The notes under the pieces were generated by a model. It was given only the letters and a program-made list of their open reading frames with translations. It made no database searches and had not been told where the DNA came from. Positions 1 to 10,700 of a stretch of DNA of 64,000 bases are shown piece after piece (positions within the stretch are counted from its first letter, which is position 1; every line of letters starts with the position of its first letter). The stretch comes from an uncultured Pseudomonadota bacterium (GTDB lineage Bacteria; Myxococcota_A; Polyangia; Fen-1088). The DNA is taken from assembly GCA_963831685.1 (NCBI GenBank), contig CAWHRJ010000004.1, positions 64,812 to 128,811 of the forward strand, given 5' to 3'. The position numbers and the translations under genes are program-made.

Positions 1-518
1 CGCACCACAGCTACTGGAACCTGGGCGGGCAGGACGCGGGGCCGATCTCCGACCACGAGCTGACGCTCTTCGCGCAGGCTTACACGCCTGGCGATCCGCT
101 GGTGCCGACGGGTGAGGTCGCGAAGGTGAGCGGGACGCCGTTCGACTTCCGCGCGGCGAAACCGATCGGGCGGGATCTGGCCGCCGCCGGCGGCGAGCCC
201 GTCGGCTACGATCACAACTTCGTCGTCGACGGCGCGCCCCAGACCCTGCGCCCGGTCGCTCGGCTGGCCGATCCCAAGACCGGCCGGGTCCTCACGCTCG
301 AGGCCGACCAGCCGGGGGTGCAATTCTATTCGGGGAACTACCTCGACGGCTCCGTCCGGGGCAAGGGCGGAAAGCCGTATCATCGGAACAGCGGGGTTTG
401 CCTGGAGACGCAGGCGTTCCCCAATGCGATCAACGTCCCCGCCTGGCGCGATCAAGTGATCGTCCGGCCGGGCACGCCTTACCAGCATCTGATGGTTCAC
501 CGGTTCACCACGGACTAG
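1..518 (+). CDS. galM: aldose 1-epimerase (galactose mutarotase), C-terminal part; 5' end lies outside the window
   Basis: Frame 3 is open from the window edge. Translation begins HHSYWNLGG and contains GVCLETQAFPN. Both motifs recur in the full-length paralog at 15201-16334 (HHSYFNLSG, ALCLEAQRFPD), typical of aldose 1-epimerases. Confidence 0.85.
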   Translation, partial: HHSYWNLGGQDAGPISDHELTLFAQAYTPGDPLVPTGEVAKVSGTPFDFRAAKPIGRDLAAAGGEPVGYDHNFVVDGAPQTLRPVARLADPKTGRVLTLEADQPGVQFYSGNYLDGSVRGKGGKPYHRNSGVCLETQAFPNAINVPAWRDQVIVRPGTPYQHLMVHRFTTD

Positions 519-545
519 CGCCCCCGCTGCATTCAAGGAGCACGC

Positions 546-1547
546 ATGGGATTTCCCGTTTCCAGAACGAATTCAGGCCGGCTGGCCGGCGCGCTGGTAT
601 TCGCTCTCGTGGCCGCTCTGCTCGGGTGCAAGAAGAAAGAGGGCGACGCCGGGGCGGGGGCGGCGCCCGCCGGCAGCTACCACTTTGCGTTCGTGACCAA
701 CAACTCGTCCGACTTCTGGAACATCGGCGAGAAGGGTATGCGCAAGGGCGAAAGAGATTTCGGGGTGAAGGTCGACATGTTCCGCCCCCTCAAGGGTGAG
801 GTCGCCGACCAGCAGCGGTTCCTGGAGGACATTCTGGTCCAGGGCTACGACGGCGTCGTGATCAGCCCCATCAACCCGGGCGCCATGACCGAGCTGTTCG
901 CCCGCGTGGCCGCCAAGATGCCGCTCGTGACCACCGATTCGGATGCGCCCAAGTCGGCCCGCAAGGTCTACGTCGGTACGAACAACGTCGAGGCCGGCAA
1001 GGTGGCGGGCAAGACCGCGACCGCGGCGCTGAAGGCCGCTGGCGTCACGAAGGGGAAGGTGGCGCTGTTCGTGGGTCGCATGGACATGCAGAATGCGATC
1101 GAGCGCAAGCAGGGGATCGACGACACGCTGGGCAAGGTGCCGGGCATCGAGATCCTCCCGGTCTTCTTGGACCACGCCGACCGCGCGCTGGCCAAGAAGA
1201 ACGTCGAGGACGCGCTGGCCCGCTACCCCGACCTGGTGCTGGCGATGGGAATCTGGTCGTACAACGGGCCGTGCATGGCCGACGCCGTGCGGGCTTCCAG
1301 CCGCAAGGACAAACCGATCCTGGTCGTGTTCGACGAGGAAGAAGAGACGTTGAAGGCGGTCCGTGACGGCCTCATCAGCGCCACGATCGTCCAGCGGCCT
1401 TTTCAGTTCGGCTACCAGTCGGTCAACGCCCTGAAACAGCTGCGCGACGGCAAGACCATGCCGCCGTTCGTCGACACCGGCATCCTGGTCGTCGACAAGA
1501 CGAACCTGGACCCGTTCTGGAACGAGCTACGCGAATTGAAAAAGTGA
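546..1547 (+). CDS. sugar ABC transporter periplasmic substrate-binding lipoprotein (ribose/galactose-binding type)
   Basis: Signal peptide with lipobox (LLGC). Periplasmic-binding-protein type I look (FVTNNSSDFW, VVISPINP, VTTDSD, YVGTNN). Sits directly upstream of ABC ATPase and permease genes. Confidence 0.85.
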   Translation: MGFPVSRTNSGRLAGALVFALVAALLGCKKKEGDAGAGAAPAGSYHFAFVTNNSSDFWNIGEKGMRKGERDFGVKVDMFRPLKGEVADQQRFLEDILVQGYDGVVISPINPGAMTELFARVAAKMPLVTTDSDAPKSARKVYVGTNNVEAGKVAGKTATAALKAAGVTKGKVALFVGRMDMQNAIERKQGIDDTLGKVPGIEILPVFLDHADRALAKKNVEDALARYPDLVLAMGIWSYNGPCMADAVRASSRKDKPILVVFDEEEETLKAVRDGLISATIVQRPFQFGYQSVNALKQLRDGKTMPPFVDTGILVVDKTNLDPFWNELRELKK

Positions 1548-1572
1548 TCGGGAATTCGCAGGACCTGCACCA

Positions 1573-2982
1573 ATGTCCCTCTCGCTGAAACAAGTCGAAA
1601 AGTCCTTTGGCGGCGTGCGCGCGCTGCGAGGGGTCGACTTCGCCGTCGCGCCCGGCGAGATCGTGGGCCTGCTGGGCGGCAACGGAGCCGGCAAGTCGAC
1701 GCTCATGAAGATCGCGGCGGGCGTGCACCAACCGGACGCGGGCACCGTGACCATCGACGGCCAGTCGCCGCAGAGCCCGGCCGACGCCATTCGGCTGGGC
1801 GTGTCGCTGGTCCGGCAGGAGCTGACCCAAGCCGAGGATCTGGACGTCGGGTCGAACGTGCTGCTGGGCCACGAGCCGCACCGGTTCGGGATCATCGATC
1901 GCGCGGCGCTGTACCGCCGCGCGGCCAAGGTCCTCGAGCGGGTGGGTGGGGACATCGACCCCCGGACGCCCCTCCGATTGTTGTCGCCCGGACAGAAGCA
2001 GCGGACCGAGATCGCGCGGGCGCTGTCGCTGGAAGCCAAGGTACTGCTGCTCGACGAGCCGACCGCCACGCTGAGCGAGACCGACGCGGCGCGCCTGTTC
2101 GAGCTGCTCCGCGATCTCCGCCAGAACGGGATCGCGATCGTCTACATCTCGCACCGCTTGCGCGAGGTCCTGGAGATCACCGACCGGGTGGTCTGTCTGC
2201 GAGACGGTGAGCGGGTGGCCGAGCTGCCGACCCGGGAAGCGACCCTGGACAAGCTGGTCTCCTGGCTGGCCGGGTCGACCCGGGTGTCCGAAGCCGCGCC
2301 ACCGACGGCGCGACCCGAAATCGTGATGTCCGTTCGCGGGCGGGTGTCGTTCGACCTGCACGCGGGGGAGATTCTGGGGCTGGCCGGCCTGGTCGGCGCG
2401 GGCCGCAGCAGCGTGCTGCGCGAGCTGTTTGGCGTCCGCCCCTGCGCGCTGGAGGTGAAGATAGGCGGTCGCGAGCTCTCGATCCGGACGCCGCGTGACG
2501 CGATGGCGGCCGGCCTGGCGCTGGTGCCGGAAGAACGCGCTTCGCAGGGTCTGATCCTGAGCATGCTGGTCGAACGAAATCTGGCCCTGCCGTCGCTGCG
2601 CGAGTTCCTGCTCGAGGACGAGATGGCCATCGCGCGTCCCTACATCGAGCGCTTCCGCTTCCGCGCCGGGGAGCTCGCCTCCGGGCTGTCGGGCGGCAAC
2701 CAGCAGAAGATCGTGCTCGGCAAGTGGATGGCCCGCGATCCGAAAGTGCTGCTTCTCGACGAGCCGACCCGGGGGCTGGACGTGCGGGCCAAGCGCGACG
2801 TTCACGACGTCGTCCGCGAGCTGGCGGCGGCCGGAACGGGGATCATCGTGTCCAGCTCGGAGGCCGAAGAGGTCGCCGCGCTTTGTCACCGGGCACTGGT
2901 CCTGTCCCAGGGAAAGTCCCGAGGCGAGCTCGGGCGCGACGAGCTCACGGACGTCAACATCTTGAGGTACGCGGCCGCATGA
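1573..2982 (+). CDS. sugar ABC transporter ATP-binding protein (duplicated ATPase, RbsA/MglA type)
   Basis: Walker A GGNGAGKST, signature LSPGQKQ, Walker B LLLDEPT. Second half has LSGGNQQK and LLLDEPTRGLD. Confidence 0.9.
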   Translation: MSLSLKQVEKSFGGVRALRGVDFAVAPGEIVGLLGGNGAGKSTLMKIAAGVHQPDAGTVTIDGQSPQSPADAIRLGVSLVRQELTQAEDLDVGSNVLLGHEPHRFGIIDRAALYRRAAKVLERVGGDIDPRTPLRLLSPGQKQRTEIARALSLEAKVLLLDEPTATLSETDAARLFELLRDLRQNGIAIVYISHRLREVLEITDRVVCLRDGERVAELPTREATLDKLVSWLAGSTRVSEAAPPTARPEIVMSVRGRVSFDLHAGEILGLAGLVGAGRSSVLRELFGVRPCALEVKIGGRELSIRTPRDAMAAGLALVPEERASQGLILSMLVERNLALPSLREFLLEDEMAIARPYIERFRFRAGELASGLSGGNQQKIVLGKWMARDPKVLLLDEPTRGLDVRAKRDVHDVVRELAAAGTGIIVSSSEAEEVAALCHRALVLSQGKSRGELGRDELTDVNILRYAAA

Positions 2983-4010
2983 GCGCCAACATGAGCGACG
3001 TTCAAATTCCTGCCGAGTCGGCCCCCCGGCCCGTTGCCTCGCTGGCTTCGGCCACGCGCCTCGGGCGGATGAAGAAAGAGCTGACCATGCTGGCCGTGAT
3101 GATCGGCCTCGGGGGTCTCACCGCCCTGCTCAACCCGGTCTTCCTGAGCCCCGACAATCTCCGCAATACCGTCCGGCACATCTCGCTCATCTCTCTGTTC
3201 GCGCTGGGCGAGGCGGTGGTGATCATCGCGGGGGGCATCGACTTGTCCGTCGGCTCGATCATCTGCATCTCGGCGGTCACCACCAGCTACCTCACCATGT
3301 ACGCCGGTTTCGGGATCGGTGCGGCCGTCACCGCCGCGATCGCGCTCTCGCTGCTGGTGGGCCTCGGGCAGGGGCTGGTGATCACCTGGCTGGGCGTCCA
3401 GCCGTTCGTGGTGACGCTGGGCTCGATGCTGCTGCTGCGCGGGGTCGCCGAAGTCCTGACCGGCGGCACCGACATCGGGTTTCAGGGCCAGTTCCCCCGG
3501 TTCCGTTTCCTGGGGGAAGGGGTCGGCCTCGGCATGCCGATGCCGTTCTGGTTCGCGCTCGCGGCCATCGTGGTCACGGCATTCCTGATGCACCGAACCC
3601 TGTTCGGGCGCTACTGCTACGCGATCGGATCGAATGCCGAAGCCGCCCGACTGTCCGGGGTTCCCGTGCAGTGGGTACGCCTCGTCACCTTCGTCGCCAG
3701 TGCCGGCCTGTCCGGCGTCGCGGGGATCCTGTACGTCGCGTATCTGCCCAGCGCCACACCGTCGCTCGGCTCGGCCTACGAGCTGCACGCCGTGGCCGCC
3801 GCGGTGCTCGGCGGCTGCTCGCTGCTGGGCGGGCGCGGCTCGGTCTTCGGCGTCCTCATCGGCGCCGGCATCATGCAGATCACCTTCAACGCCGTGAACC
3901 TGGTCGGCAAATCGCTGTGGCAGAACGTGGTCGCGGGCGGGGTCATCCTGGCCGCTGTCATCGTCGACCGCGTCTTCGAAAAGAACGCCTCCCGGCGTCG
4001 AGTCAAATGA
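2979..4010 (+). CDS. sugar ABC transporter permease (RbsC-like)
   Basis: In-frame ATG at 2979 overlaps the upstream stop (ATGA). Multi-pass hydrophobic protein. The part of the 2724 ORF upstream of 2979 is Arg/Gly-rich out-of-gene translation. Confidence 0.85.
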   Translation: MSANMSDVQIPAESAPRPVASLASATRLGRMKKELTMLAVMIGLGGLTALLNPVFLSPDNLRNTVRHISLISLFALGEAVVIIAGGIDLSVGSIICISAVTTSYLTMYAGFGIGAAVTAAIALSLLVGLGQGLVITWLGVQPFVVTLGSMLLLRGVAEVLTGGTDIGFQGQFPRFRFLGEGVGLGMPMPFWFALAAIVVTAFLMHRTLFGRYCYAIGSNAEAARLSGVPVQWVRLVTFVASAGLSGVAGILYVAYLPSATPSLGSAYELHAVAAAVLGGCSLLGGRGSVFGVLIGAGIMQITFNAVNLVGKSLWQNVVAGGVILAAVIVDRVFEKNASRRRVK

Positions 4011-5008
4011 GCATGCCATCCAAGACATCCCGCATCCTGGTCACCGGCGCCACCGGCAAGGTGGGTCAGACGTTCATCGCCCGACTGCTTGCCGATCCTC
4101 AGTTCTCGCGGTTCACCGTCCGGGCTCTCTGCCACAACCGAACGCTGGAGGTCGGCCCGCGGTTGGAGGTGGTCAGGGGGTCGATCGAGGATCGCAGCGT
4201 CGCAGAGCGCGCGGTCGCGGACGTGAGCCACGTGCTGCACCTGGCGACCAGTAAGGAGACGCCAGAGTCGATCATGGACGTGGCGATCAAGGGAATGTTC
4301 TGGCTGCTGGAGGCCTGCCGGACCAGCCCGTCCTTTGAACAATTCATCCTGATCGGCGGCGACGCCGGGATGGGGCACTTCTTTTACCCGCACCCGATCC
4401 CGGTCACCGAGACCCAGAAGCACAGCGCTTACCCGGGCTGCTACGCCCTGTCCAAGGTCCTCGAGGAGGTGATGCTGGAGCAGGTGATGATCCAGTACGA
4501 CCTCAACGGCTGCTGTTTACGCGCGCCCTGGATCATGGAGAAGGACGACTTCAAGTATCAGCTCTCGTTCGGCGAGGACGTTTTCGGCGGCCCGCGCTGG
4601 CGCGATCTGGTCGGCGCCCAGGCGGCGGACGACTACGTCAAGAGCGGCGCCGTCCCGATCATGCTCGATCCCGACGGACGTCCCGTGAAGCGCAATTTCG
4701 TGCACGTCGACGACCTGATCTCGGCCATCCTGCGCGCCATCGACCACCCGGCGGCGGGCCGCCAGACCTTCAACATCTGCATGGACGAACCCGTCGATTA
4801 CGGCGAGCTGGCCGCCTACCTGCGGGAGACCCGCGGCGCAGAGGGGATTCCCATTGCCACGCCGTACCGCTCGACGTGGCTCGACAACACCAAGGCCAAG
4901 TTCCTGCTGGGCTGGCGGCCACGTTACGACCTCGAGCAAATGGTCGAGGCGGCTTGGGGCTATCAGCGTGCAGCCGACGATCCGCGAAAGGTGTGGTACC
5001 CGGGTTGA
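4007..5008 (+). CDS. NAD-dependent epimerase/dehydratase (extended SDR)
   Basis: ATG 4007 overlaps the permease stop (ATGA). Has the N-terminal Rossmann motif VTGATGKVG and the catalytic YxxxK (YALSK). Confidence 0.8.
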   Translation: MSMPSKTSRILVTGATGKVGQTFIARLLADPQFSRFTVRALCHNRTLEVGPRLEVVRGSIEDRSVAERAVADVSHVLHLATSKETPESIMDVAIKGMFWLLEACRTSPSFEQFILIGGDAGMGHFFYPHPIPVTETQKHSAYPGCYALSKVLEEVMLEQVMIQYDLNGCCLRAPWIMEKDDFKYQLSFGEDVFGGPRWRDLVGAQAADDYVKSGAVPIMLDPDGRPVKRNFVHVDDLISAILRAIDHPAAGRQTFNICMDEPVDYGELAAYLRETRGAEGIPIATPYRSTWLDNTKAKFLLGWRPRYDLEQMVEAAWGYQRAADDPRKVWYPG

Positions 5009-5022
5009 CTTCGCTTCCGCAC

Positions 5023-6228
<1,206 letters not shown>

Positions 6229-6488
6229 CGGTGGTCTAGGGCTTCGGCCTGCCATTCCAGGGGATCTCCCGCCCACTGGAAAGCTGCACGCCCACATTTA
6301 CCCACCCTTGCTGTGCTTGACGTCTCGACCAGCAAAGAAAACAGAGCAACACATGCCCGTTCGAGGCAGTAGTTGTGTGGGATCTGGCCAGTTTTGGTGC
6401 CGGACTTGAAAAAGGTAACTTTGTTTAATAATTATCTGGCCGGCACATCTCGAAGTGAGATACTGACGATCTGGAATCGGAGGGCAGT

Positions 6489-8411
6489 ATGAGGGCCACG
6501 TTCCGTCTTGGTTTTTTCGCGGCAGCGGCGTTAATCGGCGCCGCCGGTTGTCAAGGCAAGATCAACGATCAAACCGGGTCCGGCGGGTCCTCGCAAACCG
6601 GGTCCGGCGGGTCCTCGCAGTCCGGGTCCGGCGGGTCCTCGCAGTCCGGGTCAACGGCGGGTCCTCACAGTCCGGTCAACGGCGGGTCCTCACAGTCCGG
6701 GTCCGGCGGGTCCTCGCAGTCCGGGAACGGCGGGTCGTCGACCGGCAGCGGCGGGTCCTCGACCGGCAGCGGCGGGAGCACCACGGCGTGCGTCCCACTC
6801 ACCCCACTTCCCCAGCGGCTCTGGCGGTTGTCTGTCGAGCAGTGGGATGCCGCCGTGCAGACCCTGCTCGCGCTGAAGACGGCTCCGATCCTGACCAGCC
6901 GCGGCGGCGAACAGCCCTTTGCGTTCTTCAGCGACGCCTCGCTCGGCGTCGACGCCCCAATGCAATATGACATGTACGGCCGAGCGGAAGACGTCCTGAC
7001 GACGATCGACTCCACCGTGACCACGTCGATCGCGCCCTGCACCGGAACGACCGCCTCGGCGCAGACCACCTGCGCGAACAATTGGGTGTCCACCTTCGCC
7101 CAGAAGGCCTATCGGCGCCCTCTGGACACGAGCGAGGTGACCAACCTGATGAAGGTCTACGCCCAGGGGGCGATGCAGGACTACAAGACGGGCATCAAGC
7201 TGATGATCGAGGCCATCATCATCTCGCCGTCCTTCGTTTATCGAACGGAGCTCGGTCCGCCGGCGACCGCGGACGCGAGCGGGAAATACCCGGACACCAC
7301 CCTCACGCCCTACGAGGTCGCCAGCCAGCTGGCGTTCACGTTGCTGGGTACGTTGCCCGACGACGCTCTGACCACGGCCGCCGCCAACGGCAGCCTGGGA
7401 ACGACCTCGGGCCTCCAGACGCAAATCGATCGATTGCTGGGACTGTCCGCGGTCCAGGCCAACCTGACGAACATCGTGCTCGGCTGGTTCAACATCAAGC
7501 AAGTGTTCTCGAAGCAAAAGGACACGTCGCTCCTCTCGGCCCTGTCCACGACCGAACAGGACATGACGGGGCTCCAGAACGATCTCTACACGTCGACCCA
7601 GCAGTGGGTGAACAGCATCCTCTGGAGCGGATCTGGAAAGATCGACGACCTCCTCACCTCCCAGGGCGTCTACGTCAACCAGCGATTGGCCACGCTCTAT
7701 CCGGGCCTGACGTACTCCGGGGGGAAGGCGCCGACCAGTGATTCCACCTTCGTGGCGGCGACCTTCCCGGCGTCGCAGGGGCGCAGCGGCATGCTCACCC
7801 AGCCCAGCTTCCTCTGGGCTGCCTCGGATCCGTCGGTGAATTCCATCGTGAAGCGCGGGTTGGGGATCCACGACAACGTGATTTGCCAGGACGCGCTGGG
7901 CTCTCCGGTCGACCTGTCCACCCCGATGGCCATGGCCGTCACCGCCTGCGAGAATCCTTCTGTCTCCAACCCGACGCCCGACTCGACCTGCGACAGCGAG
8001 ATCCTCAAGTCGAACGCCCGGCTGGCCTACCAGCCCTGCAAGAACTGCCACTCCCAGATGGACCCCTACGCGCGGGTGCTTCAAAACTTCGGACCCATCG
8101 GTAACTACCGAACCGTGGACGAGGCGGGGCGGTCCATCGATCCGAGCGGCACGTTCGTACCGACGTCGCCGCTCGCGGGGATGACCGTCAGCGGCGCTCA
8201 GGGCCTCGCAAGCGCCGTGGTGTCGTCGGGCGTCCTGGACGGCTGCTCGGTCCAGCAGATGACCAACTACGGGATGGGCTCGGCAATTCAAAAGTACGAT
8301 ACCTGCGAGCTCGACACGATCCGGGGTCAGACGGACGGCACCATCAAGTCCTTGTTCCGCAATGTGCTCCTCGCCAGTTTCATGCGCGCACGCACCGGAG
8401 GTATGAAGTGA
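6489..8411 (+). CDS. DUF1592/DUF1588/DUF1585-type secreted lipoprotein (planctomycete PSD-like family)
   Basis: Lipobox GAAGC and a GSGGSSQ repeat linker. Also RLWRLSVEQWDAAV (DUF1587/1595-like), FAQKAYRRPLD (DUF1592-like), TQPSFLWAAS..IVKRG (DUF1588-like) and CKNCHSQMDPYARVLQNFGPIG (DUF1585-like CxxCH). RBS GGAGG lies 6 nt upstream. Confidence 0.85.
   Translation: MRATFRLGFFAAAALIGAAGCQGKINDQTGSGGSSQTGSGGSSQSGSGGSSQSGSTAGPHSPVNGGSSQSGSGGSSQSGNGGSSTGSGGSSTGSGGSTTACVPLTPLPQRLWRLSVEQWDAAVQTLLALKTAPILTSRGGEQPFAFFSDASLGVDAPMQYDMYGRAEDVLTTIDSTVTTSIAPCTGTTASAQTTCANNWVSTFAQKAYRRPLDTSEVTNLMKVYAQGAMQDYKTGIKLMIEAIIISPSFVYRTELGPPATADASGKYPDTTLTPYEVASQLAFTLLGTLPDDALTTAAANGSLGTTSGLQTQIDRLLGLSAVQANLTNIVLGWFNIKQVFSKQKDTSLLSALSTTEQDMTGLQNDLYTSTQQWVNSILWSGSGKIDDLLTSQGVYVNQRLATLYPGLTYSGGKAPTSDSTFVAATFPASQGRSGMLTQPSFLWAASDPSVNSIVKRGLGIHDNVICQDALGSPVDLSTPMAMAVTACENPSVSNPTPDSTCDSEILKSNARLAYQPCKNCHSQMDPYARVLQNFGPIGNYRTVDEAGRSIDPSGTFVPTSPLAGMTVSGAQGLASAVVSSGVLDGCSVQQMTNYGMGSAIQKYDTCELDTIRGQTDGTIKSLFRNVLLASFMRARTGGMK
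6570..6782 (+). repeat. about 9 tandem copies of a 24-nt unit (caRWccgggtccggcgggtcctcg) encoding GSGGSSQ(S/T)
   Basis: Units read directly: 6570, 6594, 6618, 6642 (26 nt), 6668 (25 nt), 6693, 6717, 6741 (21 nt), 6762 (21 nt). Confidence 0.9.
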
Positions 8412-9982
8412 TTTCCTACAAGTTTGCTCGTCGCTCTTTCCTTCGCGGTCTGGGCGGGTCGGCGGCGATGATGGTTCCGCTGCTGCGCTCCATCGAGGCT
8501 CGCGCCGCCGGTGTCACCGCCCCTTTGCGGTTCTTGGTCATCCACCACCCGCTGGGGACGGCGTCGGGGCTCGCCAACTGGCGTCCGAACGCCAGCGCAA
8601 CCACGACCAACTTCACGCTCCCGGTGGAGAGCGCCCCGTTCCAGCCGCTCCAGAAGTACATGGTGATGGTCGACGGCGTGAACGTCGTCGCGGCGACCAG
8701 CCACTCGAGCGGCGGGACCAGCCCGGACACGAAGGGCGGCGGTCAGAATACGCATGAGGGCGGAATGGTCGCCATCATGACCGGGGTGCCGACCATCGGC
8801 ATGGTGGGGCAGGAGGATCACTGCGCCGGCGGTCCTTCGATCGATCAGATCCTCCTGCAACAGTCGGCCGGGCTCGGCGGGCCGGCCTTTGCGAAGCCGA
8901 CACCTTTTCCGTCACTGCAGCTGGCTGCCGACATCCGCTCCGATCGGGACGAGAAGGCGCCTCGGGTGTTGTCGTACCTGGCTCCCAAGAGCGGCGTGAG
9001 CGATCCGGACCAGGCTCGCCAGCCGCTCTATCCCGATACCTCACCGCTCGCCGTGTTCAACCGGATCTTCGGGGGTTCTCTGCCTACCGGAACGAACACA
9101 GCGCAGCTGCTGGCGCAAAAAGAGAGCGTCATCACCTACCTGAAGAGCGACTTGGCTCGCCTGCAGACATTGGTGCCGGCCAGCGAAAAGGACAGGATCA
9201 CGGCGCACACCGACGCGATCGCGCAGCTCGAGGCGAGCATTCAGCAGATGTACGGCATGACGACGCAGACATCGGTGTGCAGCAAGCCCAGCGCGCCCCC
9301 CGATTACTCGAATACCAGCTCCGGTAAACAGGGCTCGGGCTCCGTCTACAGCGACCTCGGTGGCGTCGATTACTACGTCCCCAATCAGCCCAGCAGCCAC
9401 CCGCACATCGATCTCGGCCAGACGCAGCTGAGATTGATCAAGGCGGCATTCCTGTGCGATCTGACCCGGGTCGCGACCTTCATGTGGTCGGCAGGAACCA
9501 ACTGGGTGGTGTTCCCGGGCACGTTCCAGGGGGCCACGATCGCCGGCAACCCCCAGTCCAGCCCCCACCATCCCCCCAGCCACTCCGGCGACGCCGCGAC
9601 GAACGGTTGGCTGAATCAGATCGACCAGCTCTACTCCTCCGCGACCTCCACCGTGCTGCAGGAGTTCGCCACGACGCCCGACATCGACGGGAACATGCTG
9701 CTCGACAACACGGTGGTCGTGTACCTGACCGAGGTCGCGCGCGCCTCCGATCACAACCAGCAGAACATGCCGCTGTTGATTTTTGGTGGGAAGAACACCA
9801 GGGTGAAGGGCGGCACGTACCTGAAGGTCACCGGCGGCTCTCTGAGCGCCCAGACGGGCGGCTCGGGAAACAGGCCGTTCAACGACGTCTGGTTGGCCCT
9901 GGCGCCGGTCTTTGGCGTGACCATGAACAGCCTAGGTGCCCAGAGCCAGTACACGGGCCCGCTTTCGGGCATCTTTTCCTAG
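8408..9982 (+). CDS. DUF1552 domain protein with twin-arginine signal
   Basis: GTG start overlaps the upstream stop (GTGA). Has a Tat-like RRSFLRGLGG and DLTRVATFMWSAG. This is the canonical partner of DUF1592 proteins. Confidence 0.85.
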   Translation: MISYKFARRSFLRGLGGSAAMMVPLLRSIEARAAGVTAPLRFLVIHHPLGTASGLANWRPNASATTTNFTLPVESAPFQPLQKYMVMVDGVNVVAATSHSSGGTSPDTKGGGQNTHEGGMVAIMTGVPTIGMVGQEDHCAGGPSIDQILLQQSAGLGGPAFAKPTPFPSLQLAADIRSDRDEKAPRVLSYLAPKSGVSDPDQARQPLYPDTSPLAVFNRIFGGSLPTGTNTAQLLAQKESVITYLKSDLARLQTLVPASEKDRITAHTDAIAQLEASIQQMYGMTTQTSVCSKPSAPPDYSNTSSGKQGSGSVYSDLGGVDYYVPNQPSSHPHIDLGQTQLRLIKAAFLCDLTRVATFMWSAGTNWVVFPGTFQGATIAGNPQSSPHHPPSHSGDAATNGWLNQIDQLYSSATSTVLQEFATTPDIDGNMLLDNTVVVYLTEVARASDHNQQNMPLLIFGGKNTRVKGGTYLKVTGGSLSAQTGGSGNRPFNDVWLALAPVFGVTMNSLGAQSQYTGPLSGIFS

Positions 9983-10021
9983 CCATACCTGACAGGCCAC
10001 CCCCGATAAGGAGCATTGTTT

Positions 10022-10696
10022 ATGAGGACTGGTTCCCTCTGTGCAGGCGTGGGCCTGACGCTGCTGTCGATGTTCGCGATCTCTTGTTCCAGCAACGACA
10101 TGATGCCGACGACCGGCACGGGCGGAAGCGGGGGGGGTACGGGAGGCGGGACGGGAGGCGGGACGGGAGGCGGCAGCGGGGGATCATCGGCAGCGGGCAT
10201 CTGCGGGACGCTCATGAACTATGCGCCCACCACCAGCACCGCCCCGTCCTTTGCGACGGACATTTACCCGATCTTGAGCAACACGGATCCGGGCACGTCC
10301 GACGCCCCGGCACCAGGATGCGGGCAGACGATGATTTGTCATGGGAACCCGCCGGCCCCCATCAACATGGACGGGACCATCTTCCAGTCGTTTGTCGATC
10401 CGCCGGCCACGGTGAAGACGGGCTTGCTGAGCAATGCGGTCAACGCCCCCTCGATGAAGCGGGTGGACCCCGGGCACGTCGGGACCAGCTTCCTGGCGTA
10501 CAAGATCTCCGGCGCCGACGGCGTCGCCTGCGTGTCGTCGGCCTGTCCCCCGAACACGACCGTTGGGAATACCCAGCCCTGCGGCGATCCGATGCCCAAT
10601 CAGAACGGCCACGGCGTCGGGCCGGGGGCGGCGGCGCTCACCGACGCGGAACGTTCGAAGATCCTCGACTGGATTGCGCTGGGCGCTCACGATTGA
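10022..10696 (+). CDS. lipoprotein with Gly-rich linker and PSCyt-like (planctomycete cytochrome c-like) domain, CX5CH variant
   Basis: AAGGAG RBS 8 nt before ATG 10022 (the track ORF starts at TTG 10016). Has a lipobox-like ISCSS, a GTGGG repeat linker, YPIL...GCGQTMICHG, and a C-terminal ILDWIALGA. Confidence 0.65.
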   Translation: MRTGSLCAGVGLTLLSMFAISCSSNDMMPTTGTGGSGGGTGGGTGGGTGGGSGGSSAAGICGTLMNYAPTTSTAPSFATDIYPILSNTDPGTSDAPAPGCGQTMICHGNPPAPINMDGTIFQSFVDPPATVKTGLLSNAVNAPSMKRVDPGHVGTSFLAYKISGADGVACVSSACPPNTTVGNTQPCGDPMPNQNGHGVGPGAAALTDAERSKILDWIALGAHD

Positions 10697-10700
10697 CCCG

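Noticed and set aside
1423-2889. Long antisense or out-of-frame ORFs. Examples: 1423-2889(-), 2886-4028(-), 15174-16715(+), 18114-20393(-), 22876-24990(-) as a single gene, 37616-40507(-), 44471-46837(+), 60366-62327(-), 61477-63486(+).
   Set aside because: Their translations are Arg/Gly/Pro/Ala-rich with no motifs. They lie opposite, or out of frame to, genes with clear family signatures. In DNA this GC-rich, stop-free antisense frames are expected.
6395-6409. Sigma-54-like -24/-12 element (tggtgc-N5-ttga) and an unusually AT-rich stretch (aaaaaggtaactttgtttaataattatctgg) upstream of the DUF1592 operon.
   Set aside because: The element matches the consensus TGGCAC-N5-TTGC only at the GG and TTG core. 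It is plausible in a myxobacterium but too degenerate to call from sequence alone.
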